Part shown: positions 13,194 through 26,519 of the stretch, in pieces
How positions within the stretch are numbered: position 1 is the stretch's first letter
How the letters are laid out: every line of letters starts with the position of its first letter
Source: Octopus vulgaris
Taxonomy: Eukaryota
Direction of reading: 5' to 3'
DNA length: 64,000 nt
Assembly: GCA_951406725.2 (NCBI GenBank)
Contig: OX597817.1
Location: forward strand, 89,404,001-89,468,000
The notes under the pieces: generated by a model
What the model saw: only the letters and a program-made list of their open reading frames with translations
What the model was told of the DNA's origin: nothing
Database searches by the model: none
Program-made: the position numbers and the translations under genes

Positions 13194-13649
13194 GTCGGGC
13201 TTTCTTTCAGTTTCCATTTGGGGGAGGCTATCAATTATGTGTTACGTAATGCTCCTCGCTAGGCACACATGCTAAACTACTAAACTAGTGTAAATTTTTT
13301 AAAAGCAAATTGAGAAAGATCTGCACAAACATTAGACTCACTCTCTGGCTGCCAAACAATATGCCCAAGGGGAAAGTAAACAGACAACTGAACATGTATG
13401 AGAATGCAAGAGATTGCCCAAATAGCTAAAAAGATCTTCGTACCGTATAGCACTAACATCGTTCCAGTTGTTTTTTCTGCATCATGACTTTTAGTTCATC
13501 ATAATGGTATGGTGCTATCTGTACGTGTAACCCCCATTAGCCGGTTGCTGCTAACTTCATACATTGTGCGGATGAAAGTTATTTGTTGGTTTTAAGCTTC
13601 ATATGAACAAATGAAAGCAAACTTCCAGACATATTTGATGTGCATAGGC

Positions 13650-14044
13650 TTCGGCCATGCTGGGGTACCGCCTTGAAGAATTTTAGTCGAACGAATCGAC
13701 TCCAGGACTTATTTAAAAAAAGAAATTGTCTTTCGCCGAGCTTCAAAGCTATGGGGATGTAAACACATCACCACCGGTTGTCAAACGGGGTGGGGGGAGA
13801 AACATACACACACACAAAGGCGCGCACACACACAAATGTATGTGTGTGTGTATGTGCATGTGTGTGTATCTGTGTGTGTATGTGTGTATATATATGTATA
13901 TATGTATCTGTGTGTGTGTATATATATATGTATATGTATGTGTATATATATATATATATATATTTACAACGGGCTTCTTTCTGTTTCCGTCTACCAAATC
14001 TACTCGAGGCTATAGTAGAAGACAATTGTCTAAGGTGCCACGCA
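13650..14044 (-). mobile_element. SINE family B lacking its head; ends where the Tx1 LINE begins
   Basis: ggccatgctgggg.accgcc ... gaggctatagtagaagaca..tgtctaaggtgccacgca. Confidence 0.75.
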
Positions 14045-14091
14045 CAAATACATGTCAATGGTCACTTTGAGTTATTTCTCTTAGCTCGCTT

Positions 14092-14814
14092 TTGTTAAAA
14101 TTACACAAAACCAGCAATGTCAGAATGTACCCCGTCCACATGGGAAAAAGAACAGTACGTGTCCGCATTCCCAGGATTCCACCAGGACTTGATATGTGGT
14201 GGCTTCTGGGATGCGTAATCGAGCAAGAGTCAGATACCGTCCCAATAGAGGCGACAAAAACTGCCAGGGATGACTGGTCCGGGGTTGACTTGGAGATAAT
14301 TCTCCATATCAGACCAAAAAGCGTAAAAAGAATCCCGGACTACATCCGTATGCAAAACGGGACGATAATACACATAATGACTGAGGGCAAAAGTCCACAT
14401 TGTTTCGTTTGTGGGAAAACAACCTATTTGCGAGCTTTCTGCTCTGAACTGATAAAAGGTGCAAGGGATCGAAGGTCCCCACCGTTGCCTACGCCGGGGC
14501 GAGGACCACAACCAACACCAGCAACAACAAATGAAACACCACCGAAGACATTGAGCAACCTAGGGGGAAACAAGAAAAGCTCTCCCGCTATCCGCCCCCA
14601 CCCCCACCCAAATACACATATGAACAAAAACATAAACATACACACAGATACAGACACACTTAGAGCCACAGACACCTCATCTTCCAGGAGTGAAGATGAA
14701 GGAATACCAAAATGCCCCAAAAAACAAAAAAGAAAGCACAAAAGAAAAACTCCACAAAGCATAACAACACCCACAATAAAAAATGCAGGCACCACAACGC
14801 AAACATCTCCCTAA
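14092..14814 (+). pseudogene. Tx1-type ORF1 (zinc knuckle, Pro/Thr-rich tail)
   Basis: VRVRIPRIPP...EGKSPHCFVCGKTTYLRAFC (CCHC-like), upstream of APE-RT. Confidence 0.75.
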
Positions 14815-15334
14815 TAAAACCAACACCAACATCAACCCAACCGACATCATCATCATCAGCAAAATCCCTCAAACGCAAAGAATCTAAAACAGACATAAGA
14901 TCAAACACTCAGATAAATATCTGAAACCGCAGATACCACACTCACAGCAAACACAACCGAAACAATACCAACAAAACCATCACCACCTCAGTCAAGCAAA
15001 CGAATAAAGCCACACCAACAAAAAATACTCATCTTCATAATTATCAGGAGGGCCAACAAGGAATTGATGGCTCTCGTAACACAGAGGAGGTGATTTTTGA
15101 ATCGAGCACATTTCGCACATTTCGGGTGCCTGAAGATTTGCTTCTGGTACGAATACCACTCGATTCCTACGCAAGAATTCGAGAGAGCTTTCTTCGGAGA
15201 ACCCCGAACGTGAAACCTACATTGAAACTTTTAAAGGGGTCCCCCCCACACCAATTATGGAAGTCAAACCACCTGACCATCACAAGAAACCGGGAGGTAA
15301 GTAAACCTTTCCTCTCTCTTTTTAGCTTGCCAAC

Positions 15335-18300
15335 ATGGCCATATTAAGAGTAGGAAGTTTAAAGGTTCGAGGCTTGGGATCGCCCTGAAAGCAGGGGCGC
15401 CTTGCTCAACGGCCTCAGGTCTTTAAAACTGGACGTAATTGATGTCAGTGAGACCGGGATTTCCAATACAAGCGCTTTATCCACCATTTTCGACGATTAT
15501 CAGATCTTTGCATCTGTTAGTAGACCGGGAACGAGAAGTGGGGTGGCAGTGTTGTTTAGGAGAGATCTGGATCTCAAGGTAAGGTCGATTTTCCGGGACC
15601 TAGACGGTCAATTAGTGGTCCTGGACGTGAGCAATAGCGAAAGTGGGGTCTTTAGACTGGTGGTCATCTACTCCCCTACCGGAGCAAAACGGCCGGATTT
15701 CTTTAGGCGTCTGGAAGCCTTTCTGGGTACGTCACGCCCTTTACTATTAGTGGGGAACTGGAACGTCATCTTATATGCACGCTGGGATTGTGCGGGAGTA
15801 GCTGATAGTAGTGGGAGTGCAAAGCCTCGAGTTTGTAATCTGTACGATCGACCTAGATAAGACGCGTAGGTTAGGACCCGGTAACTGGAAGATGAACATG
15901 TCGTTTCCGGTACGTAAAGCTTACGGGACAACAATTTAGTTAAGCAAAAGTTGACAGGGGGAGGGTCGTCAACAACAGGTGGTTGGGCTCTCAAAAGAGA
16001 GATTAGAGTAATATATATAGGGTTTAGCAAAGGAAAGCGTTAGAAAAAAACAGAAAGGAGTAGGAGCTAGTAGCTAAGTTAGACGTAGTTAGTTGTATTG
16101 GTATTGCAAACCGAAAGGCTAGCAGCGAGAGTTGCATTAGACCAGTTTTTTTTAATACGAAACCTTAAGGTTGCATTGTTAGAGCTAAGGTGCGTGTTCT
16201 GAGAAACGAGGGGACCAAAGCTGCCCGATGGGCCCGCGTGGCGGAGGCGCAGCGTGGTAACAAAACCAAAATTCGGTCTTTGAAGAACAGAGATGGACAC
16301 GAGCTGAGCGATTCCAGGTAGATGTGTGAGCCCTTTCGCCAGCACTTTGTTCAGTTGTTCGTTGGGAGTGGTAGGTCGGAGACGATAGCTGGTTGCAGTC
16401 CCTACCCCGACGGTTTGCTGTGTCTCACTGAGCAAATGCTGAGCGATGCGAAAGGCAGTTAACTTCAGCCGAAATTCTGGATGCCCTTGGCTGCACGAGG
16501 TGCAAGTCACCCGCTTTGGATGGTCTGCCCTATGAGCTAATATGGTAGACTTGTTCTCCGATCTCCTCGAAGTGCTTTACTGCAACGGGCAGCAAAACGG
16601 GAGTATACCCAGTTCTGTGGGCCGAGGCGTAGTGATGCTGATAAAGAAAAACGAAAGCAAGAGGGACACATTAGATAACTTTAGGCTCAACAGAGAGTTT
16701 AAGATTTTGACAAAGGTGTTAGCGAAGAAGTTGGCGTTTGTCGTCGAGGATTTGGTTGGGGAGGTGCAAATCTGTGCAATCCCAACCAGGTCCATACACA
16801 ACAACCTCCACCTCATGCGATACTTCATAGAAAGTGTAGAGTGTAAACCTGGCTTCGGTGGGGCTCTGATCAATTTAGATCAATCGAAAGCATTCGTTAG
16901 GGTCGACCATCGGTACATGAAGGCTGTCCTCAAGGCAGCTGGCTTCGACCCCGTCTTCAGAGTTGGTTCGCTACAATGCACAACTGCATCTGCTCGGTGC
17001 TCAAAATTAATGGTCACCTCATGGAATCGTTTCAGATCTCTCGATCGGTCCTTCAAGAGTGCCTTCTCTCCTCCCTTTTGTACGTATTGGCTCTTGAGCC
17101 TTTACTGCCAAAGCTGGAGTTACTGTAGGGATTCCCGTTCGAGCAGAGATGCGTATGGGCTGTGTCAGCTTATGCGGACGGCATCACCATGATGGTGTCG
17201 GACACCTCAGATATCGAGGTCGTCGGCACACCATTGGAGGAATATGAAAAGTTGTCGGGAGCAAAACTTAAACCAGAAAAGTCGGTGGGCTTGCAGCTCA
17301 GCTCCTGGAGAGGCAAGTCCATGCTGTCCAACAGTATCGTTGGGCGCTGGACGGACGGAATGGTGAAGTTGCTTGGGGTTTGGTTCAGACGAGACCTCCA
17401 GGTGGATAAGAATTGGGACGAGGTGACGAGCAGAAATGGGCTGTGAGAAAGCTGTCAATAAAAGGTCGTGCGAAGGTGGCGAATGTGTACATCGCGTCCA
17501 TCATCTACTACCACCTAACCGTCGTGCTTTACCCTCGTTCGCGCCTCGCCAAGTTGGAGAGCCTCCTCTTCAAATTCTTGTGGAAGGGACAGATTCCATT
17601 AGTGAGGCGGTCCAACTGCCGCCAACACCCTCTATGCGGAGGGCTGGGCATGCCGTGGCTAATGATGCGCATACAAGCGCTGACGCTGCGAAATCTCCAG
17701 ATATTCTGCCTAAACGGTGAACAGGTGTGGTCGCCAGTTTGTCACTCAGGCCTTTCCCCAACTCGCCTCCTTGACTGAGCTGCAGTCCTGCGTCAAGACA
17801 GAGTGACTGGCATCTGGAATGTTGACTGGCACTCGCTGTCCTCTACCAGTCGGGCAAATCGATCAGTGGAACATCCACTCTTGAGTTCTATAGGGAGTTA
17901 GTGGTGGGAAAGTGTGATGACGCATTCGGAGAGGCTCTGGGCGTCGACGAAGTCGAACTGACCAGTGTATTCCGAAGGAATTTCGAGCTGGTGACGATGA
18001 ATAACTTCCAGAAACCCTCGCTTCGCAGTGTTACCGGGAGGCACTGCTGGTTCGAGAAAAACTCTACAGGCACAGAAGTGCTGTCAGACGGACCTGCCCG
18101 AGATACGCATAGAGCGACGAAATCGGCACGCACTCGTCCAGTGTCCGTACATAACTGACTTGTGGAGTTATGTCGAACAGCTGTTGTCGCGTGTAGGACG
18201 AATCCGGCTATCGGATCCGTCCTAGTGAAGATCGACCCGCCGTCTTCCTTTAGCCAGGAAGGGCAGGCAATTTTCTTCTGTTTGGTGGCAGTAGCGAATG

Positions 18301-18506
18301 AGGTTGTAAGGTTGGCCAGGTTGAAAGGAATGAACACAGACACGTTTCTCTTCGGTCAATCCCTCATCAACTTTTTCAAATTTCACTTGGAAAGGGAGAT
18401 GAGGGTGGAGAGAGAAGTGATGTCCCCCAGTACATTTGCTGAAAGGTGGGTGAATGTAGCGAAAATGGACTGTGTGAGTAGATCTTCTCTAATAAGGCGC
18501 ATATAG
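15335..18506 (+). pseudogene. Tx1-type ORF2 (APE + RT + Zn finger), multiply frameshifted
   Basis: VGSLKVRGL, VSET, SGVAVLF, LVVIYSP, LVGNWN (APE); EFKILTKVLA, NLDQSKAFVRVDH, SAYADG (RT); HALVQCP. Confidence 0.9.
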
Positions 18507-18757
18507 GCTGGTAAATTTGAGGAGCAGAGGGGTACCCTTCCGTGTACCCACGAAGCTTCGGGTAATTCAGGATTGGTGGGGTAGCTGAGTCAACCCTGGC
18601 TGGTTATCGGCCGCTATTGGGGAATTTACATTGTTATGTTTTTCTTATTTAATGTGTATTGTTATTGTTTTCCTTACCCGTTGTTTTGCGTAAACCCCCC
18701 ACTGTTCCCACCTACTGTATTGTCCCCTATATGTCGGTCCTGATGGCCAATAAATGA

Positions 18758-18819
<62 letters not shown>

Positions 18820-18837
18820 TGATGATGATGATAATAA
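18758..18837. repeat. (AAT)n/(GAT)n microsatellite
   Basis: Directly visible. Confidence 0.95.
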
Positions 18838-20001
18838 AGTTTCAATATCGTTAACTGGTCAATTACTGAAATATGTCAGCTCGACAGAAAAATAAGAAAA
18901 CTGTTGACAATGCATAGAATGCACCACCCTAAGGCAGATACAGAACGACTTTATCTGCCTAGAAAAGAGGGAGGCCGTGGTCTTTTGCAACTGGCAATAA
19001 CAATGAAGATTGCTACAATTGGCCTAGACACCTACCTGAAAAAGTCTGAGGACTGGATGTTAAAACTTGTCTCAAAACATGAAAACAAGAAAGCATCATA
19101 CTCAGTAACAAAACAGGCAAAGGAATATCTAAGTGAATTCCGAATACAACAAATTTCGGAATTAGAGATAGACATACAAGAAACAAGCACAGAAAATGCT
19201 AGGCGCATGAAAACCCGTGCCAGAACTGCGGCCTTAGATATTCTGAATAATAAATGGCAAGAAAAACCTCTCTGTGGCAAATACCCAAAGAGAGCGAATA
19301 ATGCAGATATTGACAAAGCCCTGACCCATCAATGGCTAATGGCCTCTGGCTTAAAATCTGAAACAGAAGGGTTTATCATAGCAGCTCAAGATCAATGCTT
19401 ACCAACAAGAAACTACCAGGCCAACATATTAAAGAACGGCAGGTGCCCAACATGTCGTGTATGCCAGCAACAAAATGAAACCATTGATCATGTTGTCTCC
19501 AAATGCAGTCTTCTAGCGCCTACAGAGTACCTTAACAGGCATGATAGAGCTGCACAATATATTCACTGGGTAATTTGCAAAAACCTGGATTTGCCCCATG
19601 AAAAAAACTGGTGGGAACACAATCCACCTCCAGTGCTTGAAAATGACCACATCTCACTCCTCTGGAACTTCACCATTCAAACTGACAGAAAGATAGATGC
19701 AAATAGGCCAGACATCATATTGAAAGACCTCAGACAAAGAACATGCCTCCTCATTGATATGACTGTCCCAATCGATATAAACGTATCTGTCAAGACCTAC
19801 CAAAAACTGAGCAAATATAAAGATCTTGAAATAGAAATCAGCAAAATGTGGAACCTGAAGACTAAAACAATACCTGTTGTCATAGGTGCCCTGGAAATGA
19901 TAGCGAAAGGGGCTGATTGCTACCTAACTCAGATACCAGGAAACCCCAAAATGGCAGAAATTCAAAAGATAGTGCTCATGGGAACTGCTCATATCCTACT
20001 C
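18838..20001 (+). mobile_element. R4/Dong-type non-LTR element, 3' coding part (thumb, CCHC, restriction-like endonuclease), open frame
   Basis: RLYLPRKEGGRGL, ETEGFIIAAQDQ, CRVC...ETIDHVVSKC, RHD, NRPDII...IDMTVP...KLSKY, GTAHIL; AAT runs on both sides. Confidence 0.92.
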
Positions 20002-20085
<84 letters not shown>

Positions 20086-20637
20086 GAGTGAGAGAGCAGC
20101 GCTCGCCATTAAAGTGACACTGGGGTACATAGCCAATATACCCATCATAACTACGCATCTGAGAAGGGTACACCAGGCACATACATTATAAATTATAACA
20201 ACATATGCGCGACATAGTGATCTTATATCAAGGTAAACAGTGCATGGCCTTTCAGGTGGCACGCAGTTAGAATTTTCTTCAGGTTGAGTAGCCGATCCCG
20301 TTCAAAAGGTCCCTGAATAAGGGTTGTTTAAGGATGATGAACGAAACACCCGTTCCTAGGGGTGAATTATTTAAACCCCAAAGAATTCCACTCTAAACCT
20401 GTCTATGATACTCCCCACTACTTCTGCCCGTGATCAGAGATGCACATACCATCAGCCACCAAGGGACATACTCAACTGGTTAAGGTCAAGCAACTGACAA
20501 GCAAATCTGTGGTATTGAGCAGAATATTTGCTGTAGCCCATTTTTTATACCAAGACTAAACAATTTACATGATAACACTTCCAATCAGTTAAGATCAGAA
20601 GCCATGGGAGCCAATACCTGGTACTGCATCAGAGCAT
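20086..20637 (-). mobile_element. ~550-bp non-coding element embedded in (ATT)n, copy 2
   Basis: Reverse complement of 6477-7033 with the same termini. Confidence 0.85.
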
Positions 20638-20669
20638 TTATTATCATTATAATTACTATTAGTATTATT

Positions 20670-21008
20670 ATAATTGATGGTTTCTTTGCATTATAACTTT
20701 ATTTCAGCTGTCTTAGTACCGGACATCCTCTGGAGGCCAAGAGTAGCAAGGGTACTTTTGTTTTGCTATGTGTTTCCCGTAGTATATGGGCTGTACCCAT
20801 CAAGGTTATCTTATGTAGTTCACGGAGATTGGTGCTACCAGGAAATTGCTTAATATACACCTCAGTTCCCTTCTCTATCATTCCCAACGAACCAATTACT
20901 ACTGGTATTATCGTAGTACTAAGCTTCCACATTATTGTGATTTCAATTTGCAGATCTTTATAGTGAGAAAGCTTTTCGTATTCGTTTCTTGAGACATTTT
21001 GATCTTGC
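20670..21008 (-). mobile_element. R4/Dong-type 3' fragment (end of RLE domain + 3' UTR)
   Basis: YKDLQIEI.IMWKLSTTIIPVVIGSLG...GTAHILR. Confidence 0.85.
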
Positions 21009-21331
<323 letters not shown>

Positions 21332-22658
21332 TATTCTCTTCTTTCAATCCCTCATTGATTTGTCAAGTTCCAGTCGGAAAGGAAAGTATGGTTGGAAACA
21401 GAAGTGCTCCCGTCCAGTGAATTCATCAAAGGTGGGTTCCTGTGCGGAAAATAGTCGGAATAAATGGAACTCCTCTAAGTATGCTACAGTAAATTAGAGG
21501 ACAACTATTGGGTGAGGGCTCGTGCCGTTGATGCTCAGGATAACCTTGGATCTGTACGGATTCCTTGACTGGCATTTGTCGGAGGCTCTCTTGTATCAGA
21601 ATGTATGCATCATCCAGGTAGTTATATATCTTGTATACGGTTTATAGGCTTTACCACATTTCTCCCTACCACCTTTCTTTTTTCCCTCACCCGAATTTAT
21701 GTATGCCCTCACACAAATAGCAACATGTCATTCTGTAACGCCCACTTCATCTCACGACTAAGACGTTTCATACGTAACCAGCCGCTTTCATACGCTTCAT
21801 AACATTTATTTTTAAAGACATTTGGGTGTGATTATAGTTTTTTTTAATTTTTTGCTTCGTCATTTATGCTGTTGTTCTCGTTATCGTTGTTATTACTGCT
21901 GACAATAATGTCTTATCGGTTGTTTACCTCGTTATAATAGTAATTTTACTACCACTGCTGCTGTTGCTGCTGTTGTTGTTATTTAAGAATTATTTCCAAT
22001 AACAACAACTGCCAAAAGACAACAAAGACACCACTTAATTTCTTCCCCCCGCTACTCTCTTCCTCTCACTTCTCTCCATTTTATCTCTCATTCTCTCTAT
22101 GTGCGTGCATATAGACAGAATGTACACATATATATATATCTAGAACAGGCTATATCTAGAACCGGGAATAACTACAAAAGGGCATATTTAATTCACAAAC
22201 AGAGCAGTAGATATACCCTATTGTAGAATACGCGTAGATTACATACGGAACCGGATACATGTAGGATAAGGTTTTCCGATCAGAGTGAGTCCTGGACCGA
22301 CTCTCTATTCCCTTCGGTCAATCTGATTAGGGTTGCCTTTTGCAATCACCATATCCTTATTACAACTTCAATGTCACCACGACCGTCAATAGCGAATTCT
22401 ATGTGAAGATATTTTCTTCACTATATAATTCAAGTCTTCCTGCATGAGACAACTAATAGCATTGGTCATTGACTACGGAAGCAAATCATGCGGTGATTAA
22501 TATACCGTAAAACTCACAAATATTCTATAAGTCATTGACCCATCCAGTACACTGCCATAATAAAGAATTAATGTTATTTACAGGTTCAGGTTGCAAGGTG
22601 ACCTTCTTAACAATTGTTTTCCTGTCACCTGGTTTTTCATAGTTTCAAATATGAATGA

Positions 22659-22800
<142 letters not shown>

Positions 22801-24500
22801 AGCACTTAAATAATCCAGTTTGCATACAAGCAACCACGAACAAAATAAACTTCAAAGTCAATTATTCATGCACGCGTGGAAAGTTTCTAAAATGACAATA
22901 AATTATAAAACCGTATACGATAAAGAAATACGTCTCCTATTGTACCCAAGCTTTTTAACGTTGTAAGGATGCTGACACAATTTTATTGTACTGAAATTGA
23001 GGCGACACACAGTCTACTTTTATGCAAATTAACATTGGGTGTATCATGTTAAATGAAATATATTCGAGTTCGCCTGTAAGAGCAAGTATGTGCCACAGTC
23101 AAAGTAGCTAATTAATATTTCATTCTGAAAAATATTTAAATAATATTGCCACTGAGCTGAAATAATATGACCTCAAAACATTTCACGATACCGCTGATAA
23201 TACAGTGTGCCGCGACGGCCCAAGCATAGAATACTAATAACATACCTGTATTATTTAATGCGTCGTATCAAAACAACTGTATAGTTTAATGTGTCGTGTC
23301 GCCACACATAAATTAATAAGTTATGGTGACACACGTGTATAATTCACTTGTTTAATTTAACGCATTGAGGCGATCCATAGCTTGGAAAGTAGCACACTGT
23401 ACGATGCGGTTTAGTTATGAATATTATTACTAAATTAAATCAACACAATATGACTACCGTCATCCGGTCATTGCCACAGCCACAGCTAGCAACTCCGCTA
23501 ACTGCAAATGAAATATAGTTTAACATAAAATATAACAATTTCACAAAGATATTCAGGGCATGGGTTTCTGATTAAGAAACAGTCACTGCACAATAATTTG
23601 GGAAAGTGCCATCTACTATAACTAGGATCTTCTAACGCCTTGTAATGAATTTGGAAAATAAAAACTGTGCGGAATCCTATCTTGTATATATATAAGTTTT
23701 TGTGTGTGTGTGTACGTATGTAGCACAATGTCAAGCGAATGAGAAAAGAGCGCTCAATATGTGTTGTACAAGCTTTGGTTTTCTATTAAAACATGGTGAG
23801 AGCTTGTGTCGAGTTGCTAGACAAACTCTAAGCTTCAGTTCTAATAAAAAAAAACTGTGTGTGTATGTGTGTGTGGGGGGGGGGGCGTGAGCGTGCGTTT
23901 GTGAGTGTGCATGTGTGCGTGTTTGTCTCTCACCTTTTGAAACTTGGGGCTAGCTCATCTGCATTTCCATCCACAAACATTCGACATAAAGGGAACGACA
24001 AAATAAGAATAAAATTTCAAATAAATATTGAGATCGATTTGATTAACTAAATACTTCACTAACTAAAACAAGGCCAAGATTCTGCTCTATAAATCTGACA
24101 TTTCTATTTGCCAATAAATAGTAATCAGATTATCCCTGATAGTACATTAGGTACAGCCTATCTAATTGTTATCACGGCATGGACATAATAGCATCAGGTT
24201 GTGTAATGCCTTATTTCAGAATATCGGTGATTGTGAATATTTTAGGCGGGTAGAAAGTTTAGTTTCTTTAATACATGTATTTTAATTTAAGTAGATGCTT
24301 TTTATAACAATCTATTCAAGAAGATTTTTTCAACGTCTACGTCTTATCACCTGAACAACCACAGTGTCATTGTGACACGTATGTCATAGCTTCGCCATGA
24401 CAACACTACATATTATCAAGACAGAGAATAATATCAATTCGTGTCATGTACGTTCCTACATCAATATTCAAATAATAATAATAATAATAATAATGATAAC

Positions 24501-24574
<74 letters not shown>

Positions 24575-25147
24575 CGATCAGTTAGAGAAAGTGCTACATT
24601 AGAAACTGCGAAAAGTGGGGGCTAAAGAGAGGCAAGACGCGGTATGAATACAAACCGTAGGGAGTGGTAGAGTCGGAGACTAGCAAAATCCTCTGGGATT
24701 TCCCAATCAAAACAGATCAGGTGCTAGAGCATAACAGACCGGACCTAGTGGTGGTGGACAAGATGCACCACATGTGCTATATAGCTGATGTTGTGTGCCC
24801 CTTTGACCCACGAATAGCCAAGGAGGAAGGCGAAAATAGATAATACAACCCTCTTAAATGCGAAATAGCCCGGCTATAGAAAATGGGGAAGGTAAAGATA
24901 TTGACAATTATTGTTGGATCCCTGGAGACAGTATCAGAAGGCATAAAGCGGAATATTAAGGAAACTGGAATAGAGCGCCTAGCAGAACTGTTACAGAAGG
25001 CTTGCTACCTTGGCACGGCCAGAACAATCAGGAAAACCTTAGGTTACTGAAAAGAATGGGTAGCATGGTATCGTAGACTGCATATGGCAAGCCCGCAACG
25101 CATACAAGATTCCAGAAGTTCCAACAAAATCTGTGAAAAAAAGAAAT
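24575..25147 (+). mobile_element. R4/Dong-type 3' fragment, degenerate
   Basis: SKILWDFPIKTDQVLEHNRPDLVVVDK...IADVVCPFD...LQKACYLGTARTIRK; (AAT)n on both sides. Confidence 0.85.
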
Positions 25148-25148
25148 G

Positions 25149-25194
<46 letters not shown>

Positions 25195-25238
25195 CAACAA
25201 CAACAACAGCAATAATAATAATAATAATAATAATAATG

Positions 25239-25272
<34 letters not shown>

Positions 25273-25432
25273 GAGCACTCAGAGAACACCAACGTCCTCT
25301 CAACGATTAGCCAGATAGGATTTTTTAAATGAGAATATCTGAAATAAACTCGACTGCTCTCACAAATGAAAATACGAAAAATGAACCCGACCGCTCTCAA
25401 AAATTAAGTAAAAAAAATGGAAAATAATCCAG

Positions 25433-25783
25433 AAACCTGAAATTGAAATTCAAAAGATGCGGCTTCTTCAAGCGAGGACTATTCCTGTTATTGTGGGTGC
25501 CCTAGGTATGATAAGAAAGGGATATCAGAAACATCTAGATAATATCCCAGGAGAACCATGTCTCAGAGAAGTCCATAAGACAAGTACTGCCCACGTCCTT
25601 AGAAAAACCATATCAATTTAAACGTCTGCTTTGTATTACATGAAGATATTTCGCTACTGCCCCTGCTACTTCGCCTCCCCAAGCTTTCACTCATGCTGTA
25701 ACATCTCTTATCCTTCTCTCGCCCTAGGACGCTGGGTGTGTCTCGGCAAGTGATTGTAACAAACATGTAGATTAAAGGTAGAT
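25433..25783 (+). mobile_element. R4/Dong-type 3' fragment
   Basis: LEIEIQKM-like start, IPVIVGALGMIRKG...IPGEPCLREV, TSTAHVLRKTISI*; 3' UTR followed by (AAT)n. Confidence 0.8.
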
Positions 25784-25800
25784 AATAATAATAATAATAG

Positions 25801-25843
<43 letters not shown>

Positions 25844-25845
25844 GC

Positions 25846-25877
<32 letters not shown>

Positions 25878-26519
25878 TCCAAATACGTAAACACATCTTT
25901 TATTGCAACAACACAACTGAATTCAGAAATTCAAAAATTCAACGACGTGAATATCAGTATATGTGTGTATGTATGTATGTATGTATGTATGTATGTATGT
26001 ATGTATGTATGTATGTATGTATGTATGTGTATATATGTATATATATATTATTGTGTTTTTATTACCAGTAATTACAAATAGAACAGGTTGAATTGCTTCT
26101 TTTCAAGGCAGAACTCCTAGTATCCACTGGTAGCAGTAAACACATTTGACCTCTGCTGACCCAAAGGGCGGAAGATATCTTTGTCTCTATGGCTGACCTT
26201 TCCACCATCTGCCGAATCTATTTATAGACCTGTAGATTATGATCTATTCACCAAACTTCTAGCCAATAATTCCCTCAAACAATGGTAGTGGTGGTGTTGG
26301 TGATAATTATTAAAATAATGATAATAATATGCTGCAGCTGCTAATACTAAATACTACTAACACTACATTAATACTGCAACTACCACTATTATGATACCAC
26401 AGGAATCTGAGGTCTAACTATCACCATTACCACTACCCCAACCACTGCTGCTACTACACATGAAAACAATAATATCAGTGATATCAGTGATGATGATGAT
26501 AATAATAATAATAATAATA

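Larger units (their letters stand above)
14045..18760 (+). mobile_element. Degenerate near full-length Tx1/L1-clade LINE (copy A)
   Basis: ORF1 with zinc knuckle, then APE, RT and C-terminal Cys domain; 3' UTR ends ggccaataaatgaaat before (AAT)n. Confidence 0.9.
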
